A stretch of DNA of 64,000 nt from Phyllosticta citribraziliensis (lineage: Eukaryota). The notes under the pieces were generated by a model. It was not told the origin of the DNA. It worked only from the letters and a program-made list of their open reading frames with translations, and ran no database searches. Shown piece by piece: positions 23,510 through 36,133 of the stretch. Location of the stretch: the NCBI RefSeq assembly GCF_038025025.1, contig NW_027117339.1, positions 1,550,001 through 1,614,000 of the forward strand. The letters are read 5' to 3'. The number at the start of each line of letters is the position of its first letter. Position 1 is the stretch's first letter. The position numbers were made by a program, and so were the translations under genes.

Positions 23510-26500
23510 ATGGAGAGCGCCTACGTCAAATCGGCTCAGGACGTCCTGAGCCATTTCGACGTCTCCGAGCAAGACGGCCTCTCGGACGCGCGCGTCCAAC
23601 AGCAGCTGTCCAAGTTTGGCAAGAATGGTGGGTGATGGCAACCGCTCCTCGCAGTACTCGAGCTAACCGCGCGCTCCAAAGCCCTTCCTGAAGATCCCCC
23701 AACCCCGCTCTGGGAGCTGGTGCTCGAGCAGTTCAAGGACCAGCTGGTCTTGATTCTGCTCGCTTCGGCCGCCGTGTCCTTCGTCCTGGCTTTGTTCGAA
23801 GAAGGCGACGACTGGACAGCATTTGTCGACCCCGTTGTCGTGCGTACACTCTGGGAGGTAGGGGAGAAGCAGTCGCTGACCGGCTCAATACCAGATTCTC
23901 ACCATCCTCGTCCTCAATGCCGTCGTCGGCGTGTCGCAAGAATCCAGCGCCGAAAAGGCAATTGCCGCCCTCCAGGAATACTCTGCCCTCGACGCCAAGG
24001 TCATTCGCAACGGCAAGCTCAAGCGCGTCAAGGCCGATGAGCTCGTTCCCGGCGACATCATTTCCATCTCGGTCGGTGATCGCATCCCTGCAGACTGCCG
24101 CGTCCTGTCGTTCCAATCCAACAGTTTCAGCGTCGACCAGTCGATCCTCACGGGCGAGAGCGAGAGTGTCGGGAAGCGCACCGAGGCTATCAAGGACAAG
24201 GATGCCGTCAAGCAGGACCAGGTCAACATGCTCTTTTCGGGCACAACGGTTGTCACGGGCCATGCGACTGCGGTCGTCGTCTTGACTGGCGGCAGCACTG
24301 CCATTGGAGACATCCACGAGAGCATCACGGCGCAAATCTCTGCCCCGACGCCGCTCAAGGAGAAGCTCAACGACTTTGGCGACATGTTGGCCAAGGTCAT
24401 TTCGGCCATTTGCGTCTTGGTTTGGGTTATTAACATTAGAAACTTCAGCGAGCCAGCCCATGGAGGCGTTCTGAGAGGTGGAATTTACTACTTGAAGGTG
24501 AGTGCCTTTTAGCTCTCTGCACGAGCTTGAACTGACGGGTCATAGATTGCCGTCTCCTTGGGCGTCGCCGCCATTCCCGAGGGTCTCGCCGTCGTCATAA
24601 CCACCTGTCTCGCTCTTGGCACCCGTAAAATGGCAGCCAAGAATGCCGTTGTCCGCAGCTTGCCCTCTGTCGAAACCCTTGGAAGCTGCAGCGTCATCTG
24701 CTCGGACAAGACTGGAACTTTGACGACAAACCAAATGAGCGTAAACAAGGTCGTCTTCTTTGGCGACAGCACCACTAGCTTGGAAGAAATCGACGTCGAG
24801 GGCACCAACCTTGCGCCTGAAGGAGCTTTGACCTACAAGGGCCAGCCACTGGTGGCCCCAGCCGTTGGATCTCGTACCCTGACGCAAATTACACAGGTTG
24901 CGGCGCTTTGCAACGAAGCCAAATTGGCTTACGACTCGAAGAATGGCAGCTATAGTCTTGTTGGCGAGCCCACCGAGGGAGCACTGCGCGTTCTTGCTGA
25001 AAAGATGAGCACTCCCGACGCCTCGCTCAACGCAAAGAGAAGCGCCGTGCCCTTAGCTGAGCGCATCCACTGGGCTAGCAAGTGGTATGAGGGTCAAGGT
25101 AAACACATTGCAACCTATGAATTCTCAAGAGACCGCAAGAGCATGTCTGTTTTGGTTCAGCACGAGGGCGTGGAGAAACTCTTTGTCAAGGGCGCCCCAG
25201 AATCCATCCTGGACCGCTGTACACATGCTGTGGTCGGACAGAACGGTACCAAGGTTCCGCTGAATGGCAATCTCTCTAGCTTGATCGCACGTGAAGTCGT
25301 CAAGTATGGAAACCGTGGTCTGCGTGTCATTGCTCTTGCCACCAAGGACGATGTCCAAACCCAATCAAACCCGCTCTACAGGACTGCGACGACGACAAAG
25401 GAGTACACTCAGCTCGAGCAGGGCTTGACCCTGGTCGGTCTCGTCACTATGCTGGACCCGCCCCGCCCTGAAGTAGCCGAGTCGATTCGCCAATGCCGCA
25501 ATGCTGGTATTCGCGTAATCGTCATCACCGGAGACAACAAGAACACGGCCGAGTCCATCTGCCGTCACATTGGCGTTTTTGGACACGATGAGGACCTCAC
25601 TGGAAAGAGCTATACTGGTCGTGAATTTGAAGACCTCGACGACTCGCAAAAGATCCAAGCAGCCAAAACCGCGTCCCTCTTTTCTCGAACGGAACCGACC
25701 CACAAGTCCAAGCTTGTCGACCTGCTCCAATCCAGTGGCGAGGTCGTCGCCATGACCGGTGACGGCGTCAACGATGCTCCTGCCCTCAAGAAGGCGGATA
25801 TCGGAGTTGCCATGGGTTCGGGAACCGATGTTGCGCGTCTCGCCGCCGACATGATTCTCGCCGACGACAACTTTGCGACTATCGAAGCAGCGGTTGAAGA
25901 GGGCCGTTCCATCTACAACAACACGCAGCAGTTCATCCGCTACCTCATCTCGTCCAATATTGGCGAGGTTGTTTCCATTTTCCTCACGGCCGCCATTGGC
26001 ATGCCCGAGGCCTTGATTCCCGTCCAACTTCTCTGGGTCAACCTCGTCACCGACGGCCTGCCCGCAACAGCCCTTTCCTTCAACCCGCCCGACCACGACG
26101 TGATGCGCCGGCCGCCTCGCAAGCGCGACGAGCCATTGGTCGGCGGCTGGCTATTCTTCCGCTACATGGTCATCGGCACGTACGTCGGTGTGGCCACGGT
26201 CGCCGGCTACGCCTGGTGGTTCATGGTCTACTCGGGCGGACCGCAAATCTCCTTCTACCAGCTGACGCACTTCCACCGGTGTTCGTCGCACTTCCCGGAG
26301 ATCGGGTGCGCCATGTTCTCCAACGACATGGCCAAGGCAGCGTCGACCGTGTCGCTGTCGATATTGGTCGTGATTGAAATGTTCAACGCCGTGAACGCGC
26401 TCAGCAGCTCCGAGTCGCTGCTCACGCTGCCGCTGTGGCAGAACATGATGCTGGTCTACGCCATCGCCCTCAGCATGGCCCTGCACTTTGCCCTGCTCTA

Positions 26501-26675
26501 CATCCCCTGGCTGCAGGGCCTCTTCTCCATCGTGCCCCTCAACCAGGCCGAGTGGTGGGCCGTCGTCGGCTTCTCGGCTCCCATCATCCTCATCGATGAG
26601 GTGCTCAAGTTTGCGGAGCGTCGATTCTTCATGAGTCACCCGGTTGCCTACGCGGGCAAGCCCAAGGCTGAGTAA
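23510..26675 (+). CDS. SERCA-type (P2A) ER Ca2+-ATPase, NCA-1/SrcA-like, ~1002 aa
   Basis: Exons 23510-23627, 23682-23839, 23895-24497, 24546-26675. Motifs [49 protein letters not shown] and WVNLVTDG. C-terminal KPKAE (KxKxx ER retrieval). Confidence 0.97.
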
Positions 26676-27003
26676 GAAGGCGAAGGCGAAGGCGTCAGAC
26701 AATGTGTCTGTACTCCCCAGCTAGCCTGCTCCTGAGTGATGATAGAGAAAGAGACGGTTCCGGTTTCGGTTGTCTTAGGGGTTTCCTTTTTTGATTTGTA
26801 AAAGACAAAAATTAGACGATGAGATCTCGGCGAATTCCTACATACAAGAAACGGGGAATGAGGTGTGAGAGGGTGAGGAAGGGTAGACACAAGAGTTGGT
26901 GGCGGCGGCGGCGGCGGTCGTGTCGGAAATCCAGTCAATAGATCAAACGTGCGTAAGAAAATAAGAATGTAAATGCAACTGATGCTCTCACTCTATTCTA
27001 TTT

Positions 27004-27564
27004 GGGATAAATTCTCAATCCACACTACTTTAGGCCAAACGTTCTGAATCACTGATTTATCGCGATATACACTATCATACATATGACTACTTTTAGTAAC
27101 TTAGGTAATTACTATAAAACCTATTAATCCATACTTTTACTCCTATACCACACTTTTTACTATAAATACTCTAAATCCATACTATCTCACTCTCTCACTA
27201 GCTGCCTCTTAAACTCCCTTCACACATTATAGTCCTTTTGCATGCGGGTGCGTCTTAGCTGACTACTCACCCTACTACTCACCCTGCTACTCAACCTGCT
27301 ACTCAACCTGCTACTCAACCTCCTATTCTACCTAATATATCCACCGTACTGTGCGCTTATAAGTTGTGTGGCTGTAAAACACCAAGGTACAATTATAAGG
27401 TGATGGTAATAAGGATAGGAGTAAGAGAGTAAAAACTCTACTTTACGCGGATCAACTATCTACCGGCATAACTAAAGCGAAATGTGGCCGACAGTGTGGA
27501 TTGCGATAAATCAGTGTGGATTCAGAACGTTTGACTTAAATTGTGTGGATTGAGATTTGCCCCC
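27004..27564. mobile_element. Non-autonomous Mutator-like DNA transposon (MITE), RIP-mutated
   Basis: Imperfect TIRs of ~80 bp at 27004-27082 and 27482-27564 share CTCAATCCACAC, AAACGTTCTGAATC and ACTGATTTATCGC. Flanking 9-mers are ATTCTATTT (26995-27003) and ATTTTGTTT (27565-27573). The interior is AT- and TpA-rich. Confidence 0.85.
27263..27334. repeat. 12-bp minisatellite (CTACTCAMCCTG) x6 inside the MITE
   Basis: Six adjacent near-identical 12-mers. Confidence 0.85.
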
Positions 27565-28039
27565 ATTTTGTTTTTCTGTCCAACTCCCATGGCTAGACCG
27601 TCCACATCTTTCCACAACTCACTCCGTCCCTCGAGAGCGGGCGGGTCCTTGAGGAGGGAAAGACACGCAACGGGTTGGAATCGAGAGAAAAAGTGAGGCG
27701 AGATCAATAGGAAAAAGAAGTGTTCACATCTTCAAGATGCCTTGCTTGGCTGTGTTCCTGCCGGTTTACATACATGGATAGTGTATACATCTTGCATGTC
27801 GTGTTCGTATGATACACACAGAGGGAGGCGAGCAAGCGAAAGTGCACGCAAGCGTCGCCATGTCAAGGAAATATCCAACCAACTGGTCCACTTACTTCCC
27901 CGGCTCTTCCATTCATTCATCATCATCTGGTCATTCGTCAGTCATCCAGACCCATTCCAAAATGCCAAAACACAGCGCACCAGCCAAACCAAAAGCAGCA
28001 GTCAGATATCAGAAAAGCGACTCGACTCATGTAGAGTCC

Positions 28040-31000
28040 TCAAAACCTCTCCGTAAAACGCGTCTCCCTGACCGGGCTCCCGCCCAAAACGCGACTGCGT
28101 CTCTTCTCGGCCGCAGCACTCGACAGGGAAGCGATGCTGTCGGCGCCACCGCTAGCATTGCTGATGCCGCGCTCTCGACTCCTGCTGCCCGCCACGGCCA
28201 CGGCACTGCCGGTCAAGCTGTCCGCTTCGCCGCTGCGCGTGGCGATGCTGCCGACGTCGCCGTCGGCATCGAAGCGGTCGCGCGCCTCCTCGAAGAGATC
28301 GTTATCCTCACCGCTCACGCTGCTACCGACGCCGTTGCTGGCGCTGGTGCGGCGGCGCGGCAGACGACCGCGTGGTGCTGCTTTCGTGCCTGTTGGCCCC
28401 GCTGCTGCGTCACCGCCGACGCTCGACAGGCTGCTCACGCTGACGTCTGCTGCAGGCCCGCCACCAAAGTGGTGCGTGTGGCGGTGATGAGCAGGAGCAC
28501 CAGCGCCTGCGCCCGAGGATGTACGTGCCCGGCCGAGCACGGCGGAGAAGAGACCAGGCGCCCGTGTACCGCTGCTCGATGTGCGTTTGCGGCTGCTGTC
28601 TCTGTGACTGCCCCCCGGGTTCGGTGTGAAGCTCGGAGGAGACGCCGACGAGGCGTAAGATCCAGAGTACGAAAGGCGGTTATGCGATGCGCTCCGGCTA
28701 CCCGCAAGAGCAGCGCCACCGATAAACGAGACCGGGCGCTGACGGTTGGCGCTGGCAAGCTTAGGTCGCGCGAATGAGTTGGTAGCTGTCGACCCTTGAG
28801 ACGTGGAGGGCCGGTCTTGGACGGTGCCCGAGGCACTATCTGCCCATGGACGTGAAATCTTTAGGTGGGTGAGAAGAGACTTGAAGCGATGGGACTTGGT
28901 GGGCTCGGGTGCTGGTTCGGGCTCTGTGACTTGGTCGGGCGCAAACTTGGGCGTTGGAGGAACGGGGGATGTAGGAGCGAAAGGTGGGAGGGGTGATTTT
29001 TGGGGCGCTGACGAGATCGTTGTTGCATTCGTGGCTGCTGTCGTAGTTGACGGGCGAGCATCGGTGTCTTGGTTTGCTATTTCTGGAAGGGGTATGGTGT
29101 TGCCTGGCATCTCGTCCTCGCCCTCGGAAGAGCTGACGTCGCCAATCGCATCGACTTGAGAGTGATAGCTAGGGACCGTCACTGGCGCGGGACGCGTGGT
29201 ACGACCGCGCTCAGTGCCAGAGCCGGATGTGGTGGGACGAGGTTCGGTGGCAGGTTTTGACGCTTCAACAAGACCACTCTGTTCAGGCCCCTGTGGATCT
29301 CTGGGAATTTCCTTTGACTTGCGATTAGCGCCTTTCCTAATCCGCCTTTCCTCCTTCCTGAGCGCCTTGTCGGCTTCTTTCTTGTTTTTGGCCAATGCTT
29401 TTTCGTCTGCTCTGCGAGTCTTCTCTATTGCCTTTTCTTCGTCTGCAGCATGTTAGGGAATAGGTCCATTGGAAAGAGTACTTTACTCACTCCGTATCCT
29501 CTTCTCCTCAGCCTTTCTCTCTGCCTCACGTTCTTTCTCCAATTTCTCCAACCTTTTCTTCTCTGCTTCATCCAACCGCTTCTCTTCATCCCTCGCTCTT
29601 TGTGCCTCTGCTGCCTCGCCAATTTCCAGCAGCGTCGGATGCACTCGCTCTGCAGCGATTTCATTGATTTCCTTTTGGTCGATGAACTTGCCTCCGCCAA
29701 CATTCACTTTGCCATGATTTTCCATCCGCTGCTCGCTTTCTTGGGTTGCCTTTGCTCTTGCCTTTGCCTCCCACTCCTCCATCATGGATGCGCTCACTTT
29801 GCCCGTCTCCTGGAAGACCTTTTCGTCGATGCTGTGCATTTGGGCATGGACCTTCCGTTCGGCGGCTGTAATGAGGTTCTCGCGGTCTTTTTGCCGCTTC
29901 TTCGCATCCACTTCGGACAGTTGCTTGTCTAAGACTGACATTTGGTTTCTGACCCGCTGGGCTTGCTCTTCATCATCCGAGGTTTTAATGTCACCTTCGC
30001 TAGCCGCGCGGCGTCGTCGCCGAATGGAAAGGCGCTTCCGGGGTGGCGGATTGCCATAGCCATAATAATTGCGGAAATCAGCTGGCTTATCCGAGTCAAT
30101 CTTGGACAGGCGCTCAGACGCCAGCTTTTGAGCTTGTTCCTGCAGGTTGAGGTACTGCAAGGCTTCGGTCCTAATGTCTGGGCTAGAGTTGGGGCTGCTT
30201 ATCATGGAGCTTGGCCTGTTGGAGCTAACCCGTGCAGCGGTCTCGCCGGGGTTCGACAAGCCGGCCGCATCGCCTGCCGCATTCTTTTGACTGTCGTACA
30301 TTTTGTTCGCCATTGAAATTGCCGAAGCGCGGAGCGCGTCCTGGCGGCGCTTTTCGTCGACTTCGAGTGCGACTGGAGGTGATGACGAGTACATTTCCCT
30401 GGGCACGTTGTTGCCAATGTGCGCGATGCGCGACGACTGCAGCGCATCCATCTCGGGGCGGCCTTTTGCATCTTGCTCCTTCTTCTTTGTCGATGGCGCA
30501 TGCGCATGCGCGGCAGCGCTTAGTGAGTTCTGCGCAGAGTTGGCAGCGTCCGGGTAAGATGGATGAGATGAGACGGGCGCTTCAGACTTTTTTCTATTTT
30601 CGGCAGCAAATGCGCCTGTTGCCGCAGTGAGCGCATTCAACTTGCCGGCTTCAGGAAAGCCATAGTTGACCTGCGCACTCAATCCTTTGCTGCGCATGGC
30701 GATGCCCGCCGCCGAGTTTCCGTCGGCGCTGGGTTCTTGTGGACGGGTCTCTAGCTTTGCACTGTCTCTGTGCGCCAGCAGGGCAGCCTTGGAGCCAGCG
30801 GCACTCAGTTCCGGTTTCCATGTAGGAGCCATCTTTTGGTCGTGGGCGAGCAGGGCAGCTTTGAGGGCGTTGTCGGCGGTGCCGTCTGGCTTCCACCATT
30901 CAATCTTGGTTTTGTTGCCAGCAGCGAGCAAGGCGGCGGTGCCCGCGGAATTGGCGGCGTCGATGCCTACAATCGGAAAGCTTGGTAGGTCTGCTGGGCG

Positions 31001-31265
31001 TGCGTGCTTGAGCGAAGCGGCGGCACCTGCGGAGGAGAGTCAGCGACGGCGCAAAGGAGCATTTTACGAGGGGGCGCGTACTTGCGGAGGAAATGTCCTG
31101 ATTGGCGTCGCGGTCGTTTGTCAAGCGTTCGGGGCTGGTGACGTAGAGGGCGGCCGTCGAGGCTTGCTCTTGCAACTTTTTGTCCTTGTCGTCGTGGGCT
31201 GCCGGGTCCGGACAAGGCACCTCAGCTGGACCAAGGCCACGGCCGGCGTGGTCGGCTTGGGTCAT
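28040..31265 (-). CDS. Eisosome1 (Eis1)-family protein, ~1040 aa
   Basis: Exons 31265-31082, 31026-29491, 29442-28040 splice in frame. Conserved block MMEEWEAKA...GKVNVGGGKFIDQKEINEIAAERVHPTLLEI, a coiled-coil, an S/P-rich tail and C-terminal ETRFTERF. Confidence 0.82.
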
Positions 31266-31975
31266 GATGTCGAGAAGCGTACCAGTAAGCTGGGGTAGGA
31301 ATGAAGGACTGGGTGGAGGAGGTCTGGGCCGGCATAGAGAGCGAGCGAGCGAGCGGGAGGGCGGACTGTGTCAGAAGGCGAGGGGACAGGTCGTTAGATA
31401 TGTAGCAAGGATAGAGGACAGCTGGAGGAAGGATGGGAGGCTTGGACTAAGAGCAGAAACTAGGAGGAGCTGGTGCCCGTCTGGGAGAGTACCTAGCTGT
31501 CAAGGACACAAGGGTGTTGACATCATGGCTGACGGGCAAGCAGGAAAGGTACAGCACTGCAACCAAGTACAGTACATGACACGCCGCCTTGCAGGTGCAA
31601 CCACGGCCCAGCCGCCAGTCACACGCTCCAAGAAACAGAAGTCCTCGTTGTCGTTCATCGCTCTCCACCATCTCGACTCCATCTTCAGTTGTTGGTTGTG
31701 CTGACCGACCCAAGGCCAGGGCGCGACACGGCGCTAGTGGGACTGATCGCTGCAGGGAAAACCTATCCACTCTCCCAACTCCCAACTTCATCTTAGTTAT
31801 CGTCTTCCGCTCTTGGATTCAGCTCGCCCTAGCCTCCCGCCACTTCGACAAGCACTGAGCTTGCCATCTGCCACGCTCTAGATCGCCGCCTGGCAATTTT
31901 TAGCCCCGTTCCTGGCTAACAAGCAGAAAGGGCGTGGGACTTGGGACATTGTATTGGGCTGTATCAATAACCACC

Positions 31976-32910
31976 ATGGCTGCAACAAATGTCCCCGCCT
32001 TTGAGAGGCTGCTCAACTTTCGCGATGTCACGTCACTGCTATCCCAACCCTCCAAGCTAAAACCTGGCCTGGTTTTCAGGAGCGCCAGACCTGGTGCGTC
32101 CCAAACACCTTGCACGCGAGCACGCAAACAACAATGAATCAACCACTAGCCCAATAATCGCCTCTAACACGCAAGAAAGACGAAACCACGTCCGCAGACC
32201 AGCAGCTCCTAACATCCCACTACGGCATCCGCAGCGTCATCGACCTGCGCTCGCCCACCGAGCACGCCCAACAGCTCAGTAGACTCTCGCCCGACGCCTC
32301 GCGGCCGCTGGCGACGCTGCCCACGGTGCGCGGGGCTTCGTACCACCACGTCAACCTCAACGGCAACAGCTTCACGCGCGCCCTGACGGCCTCGCTCTCA
32401 TGGCCCGCCTACCTGTATCTGCTCTCGCTGTACACGCTGGGCTACCGCGCCGAAACGGTGCGCTTCATGGCCGACCGCGTCATGAACCCGCTCGGCGTCC
32501 CTGGCCTCATGCTGCTGACTCTGCGCGCCAGTGCCGCTGCCGTTGGCTCCGCCTTCAACGACGTCTTGCAGCGTCCGGATGCCTACCCTGTCTTGCTCCA
32601 TTGCACCCAGGGCAAGGACCGCACGGGCCTCATGGTCATGTTGGTCCTGTTTTTGCTGGGCGAGGACCCTGCTGGCGTTAAGCGCGACTACGAGGCCAGT
32701 GCCGAGGGCTTGGCCGCCGAGCGCGAGGAGCGCGTGCGGGAGATCCGCGAGATCGGCTTGATGGAGGAGTGGGCCGACGTGTGGATTGGGCTCGTTGAGG
32801 AGGTTGACGCGTGGTTGAAGAGCGAGTTTGGCGGCGTCGAGGGCTACCTTGATTATGCCGGCGTCAGCAGGGAGGTGCAGCAGAGGGTGAAGAAGATTCT
32901 GCTGGCATGA
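31976..32910 (+). CDS. Tyrosine/dual-specificity phosphatase family protein (Y_phosphatase3, IphP-like), ~282 aa
   Basis: Exons 31976-32093 and 32180-32910. Motifs NFRD, VFRSARPD, IDLRS, P-loop HCTQGKDRTG and FGGVEGYL. Confidence 0.9.
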
Positions 32911-33540
32911 GTACATCGGGTATGAGGTGACTACATGTAAATGTGTTGGACCCTCACGGCATGGGTGTGTTTTTGTGTTCGGGCAAGAGATACCACTAGC
33001 ATTGAGATGATTGATGAATTGCATCCCATCGAGAATCTGTTCTCCGCTTGTACTTAGAGAAGCCATGATGCGCCATCTTTTCAGATGCGGACGCCCAACT
33101 CTACTCCTTTCCAAAACTACATCTCTTCTCAGAATTTCGCGTGAAAAGATGGACAATTTCCCGGCAATCCGACCACCAGTCATGCCACCCTCGCGGCAGG
33201 CACGCTTTCTCTTCCCCCTTTTCTCTTTCTACCCATACGGCTTTTCTTGCATTCGACCTTTTTGCTTCTCTTCTAGGGCCATCTTGGTTTTGGCTTGAGA
33301 GACGTTTCTTTTTCAGCCCTTTCAGATGAGAAGAAGAGAAATCCCCGCCAACCACTCCTTGGCGTATTGCTATCCGAGAACGGTGATTTACGGCTTGATC
33401 GAGGCAAAGTGACTACGAGCTGTCCCGCCTTTTGAGGTGCGGACAGTCTGCGGAAGACTGGTTTTCGGAATCTGGGGCGAGAGGCACCTGTCTTTCTTCA
33501 TAGCCATCCATCAGAATTGACCAACTGCGTCGACTTCCTC

Positions 33541-34838
33541 TCATTTCAAGGAGCCGCCAAAGTCCAGCTTGCGAGCCACCTTGTCAGGCCTGCCGGTATC
33601 CTCACCCGGAAGCTCTCCGCCCCTTCTCTTGAGATCTTCCCCCATCTTCTGCTCGCCTTCCATCTTGTTCTTCTTCGGGTTGGGCAGTTGGTCTTTCGGC
33701 GTTGGTCTCGGGTCCGCAGTCCACCACGCGTGCTCGAGGACCTGTTTCGCCGTGAGGCGCTTGTGCGGGTTCAGCGCCAGCATCGAGCGCAGCAGCGAGA
33801 TGCCCAACGGGCCAATCAAGCCGAAGCTCGTGTCCCAGTAATCGCGCGGAAGCCCGCGTTTGATCTCGCCTTCTGCAGGCCGTATGTATCCTTCCAGCTT
33901 CGACACACCCGGCCAGTTGTCCTCGGTGGGCGTGCCAAAGGTATCGCAGATGAGTTGCAGCTGGCCCAAGTCGGTGTCGCCGGGCAGCCAGAAGCGGCGG
34001 AGGACGAGCTCGGCGAAGACGACGCCAACAGACCAGACGTCAACGGCTCCCGAGTAGAAGCGGGCGCGGTAGAGTAGCTCTGGCGGTCGGTACCATCGAG
34101 TGATGACATTGAAAGTCATCTCGGTGTAGGGGTCCGCAAAGGTGCGAGCAAGACCAAAATCGGCAATCTTCACCGAACCGTCGGCTGCAATGAGCAAGTT
34201 GTTGAGCTTGATATCGCGGTGCAGGACGAAATTCGCATGGCACCACCATATTCCTCTACACACCATAGCCACCCATGCCTTGATGTCCGCTGCACCGTAC
34301 GTGACGCTGTCGTGTGCACGCATAAGGTCTTCGAGGTCCCCGAGCGGCAGGAGTTCGAGGACGATGTTCAGGTTTTGCGATTTTGAGCTGTAGACGGCAT
34401 GGAGCTTGATGATGTTTGGGTGCGACAACTCCTGCAGGTGCTTGATTTCGCGAATAGCATCCATGGCTATGCCATCTTTGAACTCGGCGTTGATTTTGAT
34501 CTTCTTGATGGCGACGAATGTGCCGGGTTGGTCCACCACTTCGCCCTTGAATACGATGGCGTAGGTACCTTCACCGAGCTTCGTTGCTGTCCAGACGAGC
34601 GTCAGCTAGCAGGACAAGCAGGCGCCAAACAAGGGAGCGCACTTTTTCTATATCTATTCTTGACTTCCTGGTTCAATGCCTCGGAGAGATCTTGGGGCGC
34701 ATCTGCCGTCGAAGCACTAGCAGTTCGAGGAGAAGCCGTCTTCTTCGCATTGTGCAGGACAGTAAGCGCTTTGGCTTTGGCGGTCGTTATATCGCTGTTG
34801 GCAGAGGCCTGGTAGGGGTTCGCGGGCGAGACGGCCAT
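33541..34838 (-). CDS. KIN28: Cyclin-dependent kinase CDK7/Kin28/Mcs6 (TFIIH kinase), ~413 aa
   Basis: Exons 34838-34643 and 34586-33541. Motifs LGEGTY, VAIKKIK, cyclin-binding DGIAMDAIREIK, HRDIK, DFGLAR, VITRWYR and C-terminal ARKLDF. Confidence 0.9.
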
Positions 34839-35347
34839 GGTGATGCTGTGGAAGCGGCAGTGACTTCCCAGAGGTGGAAGCGACGGTGTATCGACTGTCG
34901 TGGCTTCGAACGATCAATCCGGTGGTGAGCAGTGCTCGGGGTGCCTCCGTAGTGGAGCTAGCTTGGGGCTCTGAGGCCTAAGGCGCTGGCTTTTTTTGGC
35001 GGACAACGGACAGAGTTTGTTTGACGAGGCATTTACTGCCTTTTCTTTAAAGAAGTCAACACTTGCTCAGGCTCCATAGAGGCGAAGGTCGACGTTGGTG
35101 GGCGAGCTTGTCAGGCACAAGGGCAGGAGGGTCGATGTTTCGGCGAGCCATTCGCCGACGAAAAGTTGCCGCGGAGCGCACCTCCACCGACATCACCAAC
35201 GGCACTCCGCAGACCACATCACCCAATTTCGCGCCAAGGGCACCATTGCAGCTGGACGGGACCGGCAGGTAATGCTTTCGCACATATTTGCTGATTTCAA
35301 TGCTGATCTATCGAACTGCGGCAGTCCACACACCACACGCGCCCACC

Positions 35348-36133
35348 ATGATCCGGCGGCCACAGCTCTTCCAACCCGCACGAGTCACTTCGACGACACA
35401 TCAATGCATTCGTTCCCTACACATGAAGTACCGGGAGCGGCCAGTGCCTGAGCCGACACCATTCGTCCCGGACGTGTCCACATTCTTGACCTTGATCGGC
35501 CGCAAGGTCAGCCAACACGCCGACAAGATACCATCGTGGAAGGACCTCTTCACCATGACTTCGGAGCAAATGCGGGAGGCGGGCGTCGAGCCGGCACGCA
35601 GTCGCCGCTACATCATAAACTGGCGCGAAAAGTTCCGCATCGGCGAGTACGGCGTCGGCGGCGACGCCAAGTGGGCGCGGGACGGCGTCGCGCACGTCCA
35701 AGTCGTTGAGACGCCGACAAGAAGGTTGCCAGAAAACTTCAAGGAGGCGGCGAAGAGGGAGCTCCCTTTGTTCCAGAGGCTACGTCCCCGCCGCAGCGCG
35801 TTCAGGCTGCTGCAGAAGCAGGACGACGCTCCCAAACTCGATGGCCAGCTCGCTACCGTCAACACCAACGCTGGGCGCAAAAAGATCATCGTTTCTGCCA
35901 AGCCTGAGGCTAAGCTGACGGCACACACGGCTATGAAGTGCTTGAGGGTGTTGGGTGCGGGTAAGATTAGTGGGTCTGGCGTGGAGCTTGTCAAGGGCTC
36001 CAATGGCACGCTCGGACAGATCAAGGTCACAGACGGGCTCTGGGAGGACAGGAGAGGCCACAAGGTTGATGGTGGTGAAAGAAGACGTGCAGAAGTGAGG
36101 GCGAAGAAGCGGGCAGCGGCAAACAGGGAGTAA
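35348..36133 (+). CDS. FYV4: IGR-motif mitochondrial small-subunit ribosomal protein mS41 (Fyv4)
   Basis: Arg-rich presequence-like N-terminus, FVPDVSTFLTLIGR...WKDLFT...RRYIINWREKFR, and C-terminal GLWEDRRGHKVDGGERR. Confidence 0.85.
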   Translation: MIRRPQLFQPARVTSTTHQCIRSLHMKYRERPVPEPTPFVPDVSTFLTLIGRKVSQHADKIPSWKDLFTMTSEQMREAGVEPARSRRYIINWREKFRIGEYGVGGDAKWARDGVAHVQVVETPTRRLPENFKEAAKRELPLFQRLRPRRSAFRLLQKQDDAPKLDGQLATVNTNAGRKKIIVSAKPEAKLTAHTAMKCLRVLGAGKISGSGVELVKGSNGTLGQIKVTDGLWEDRRGHKVDGGERRRAEVRAKKRAAANRE

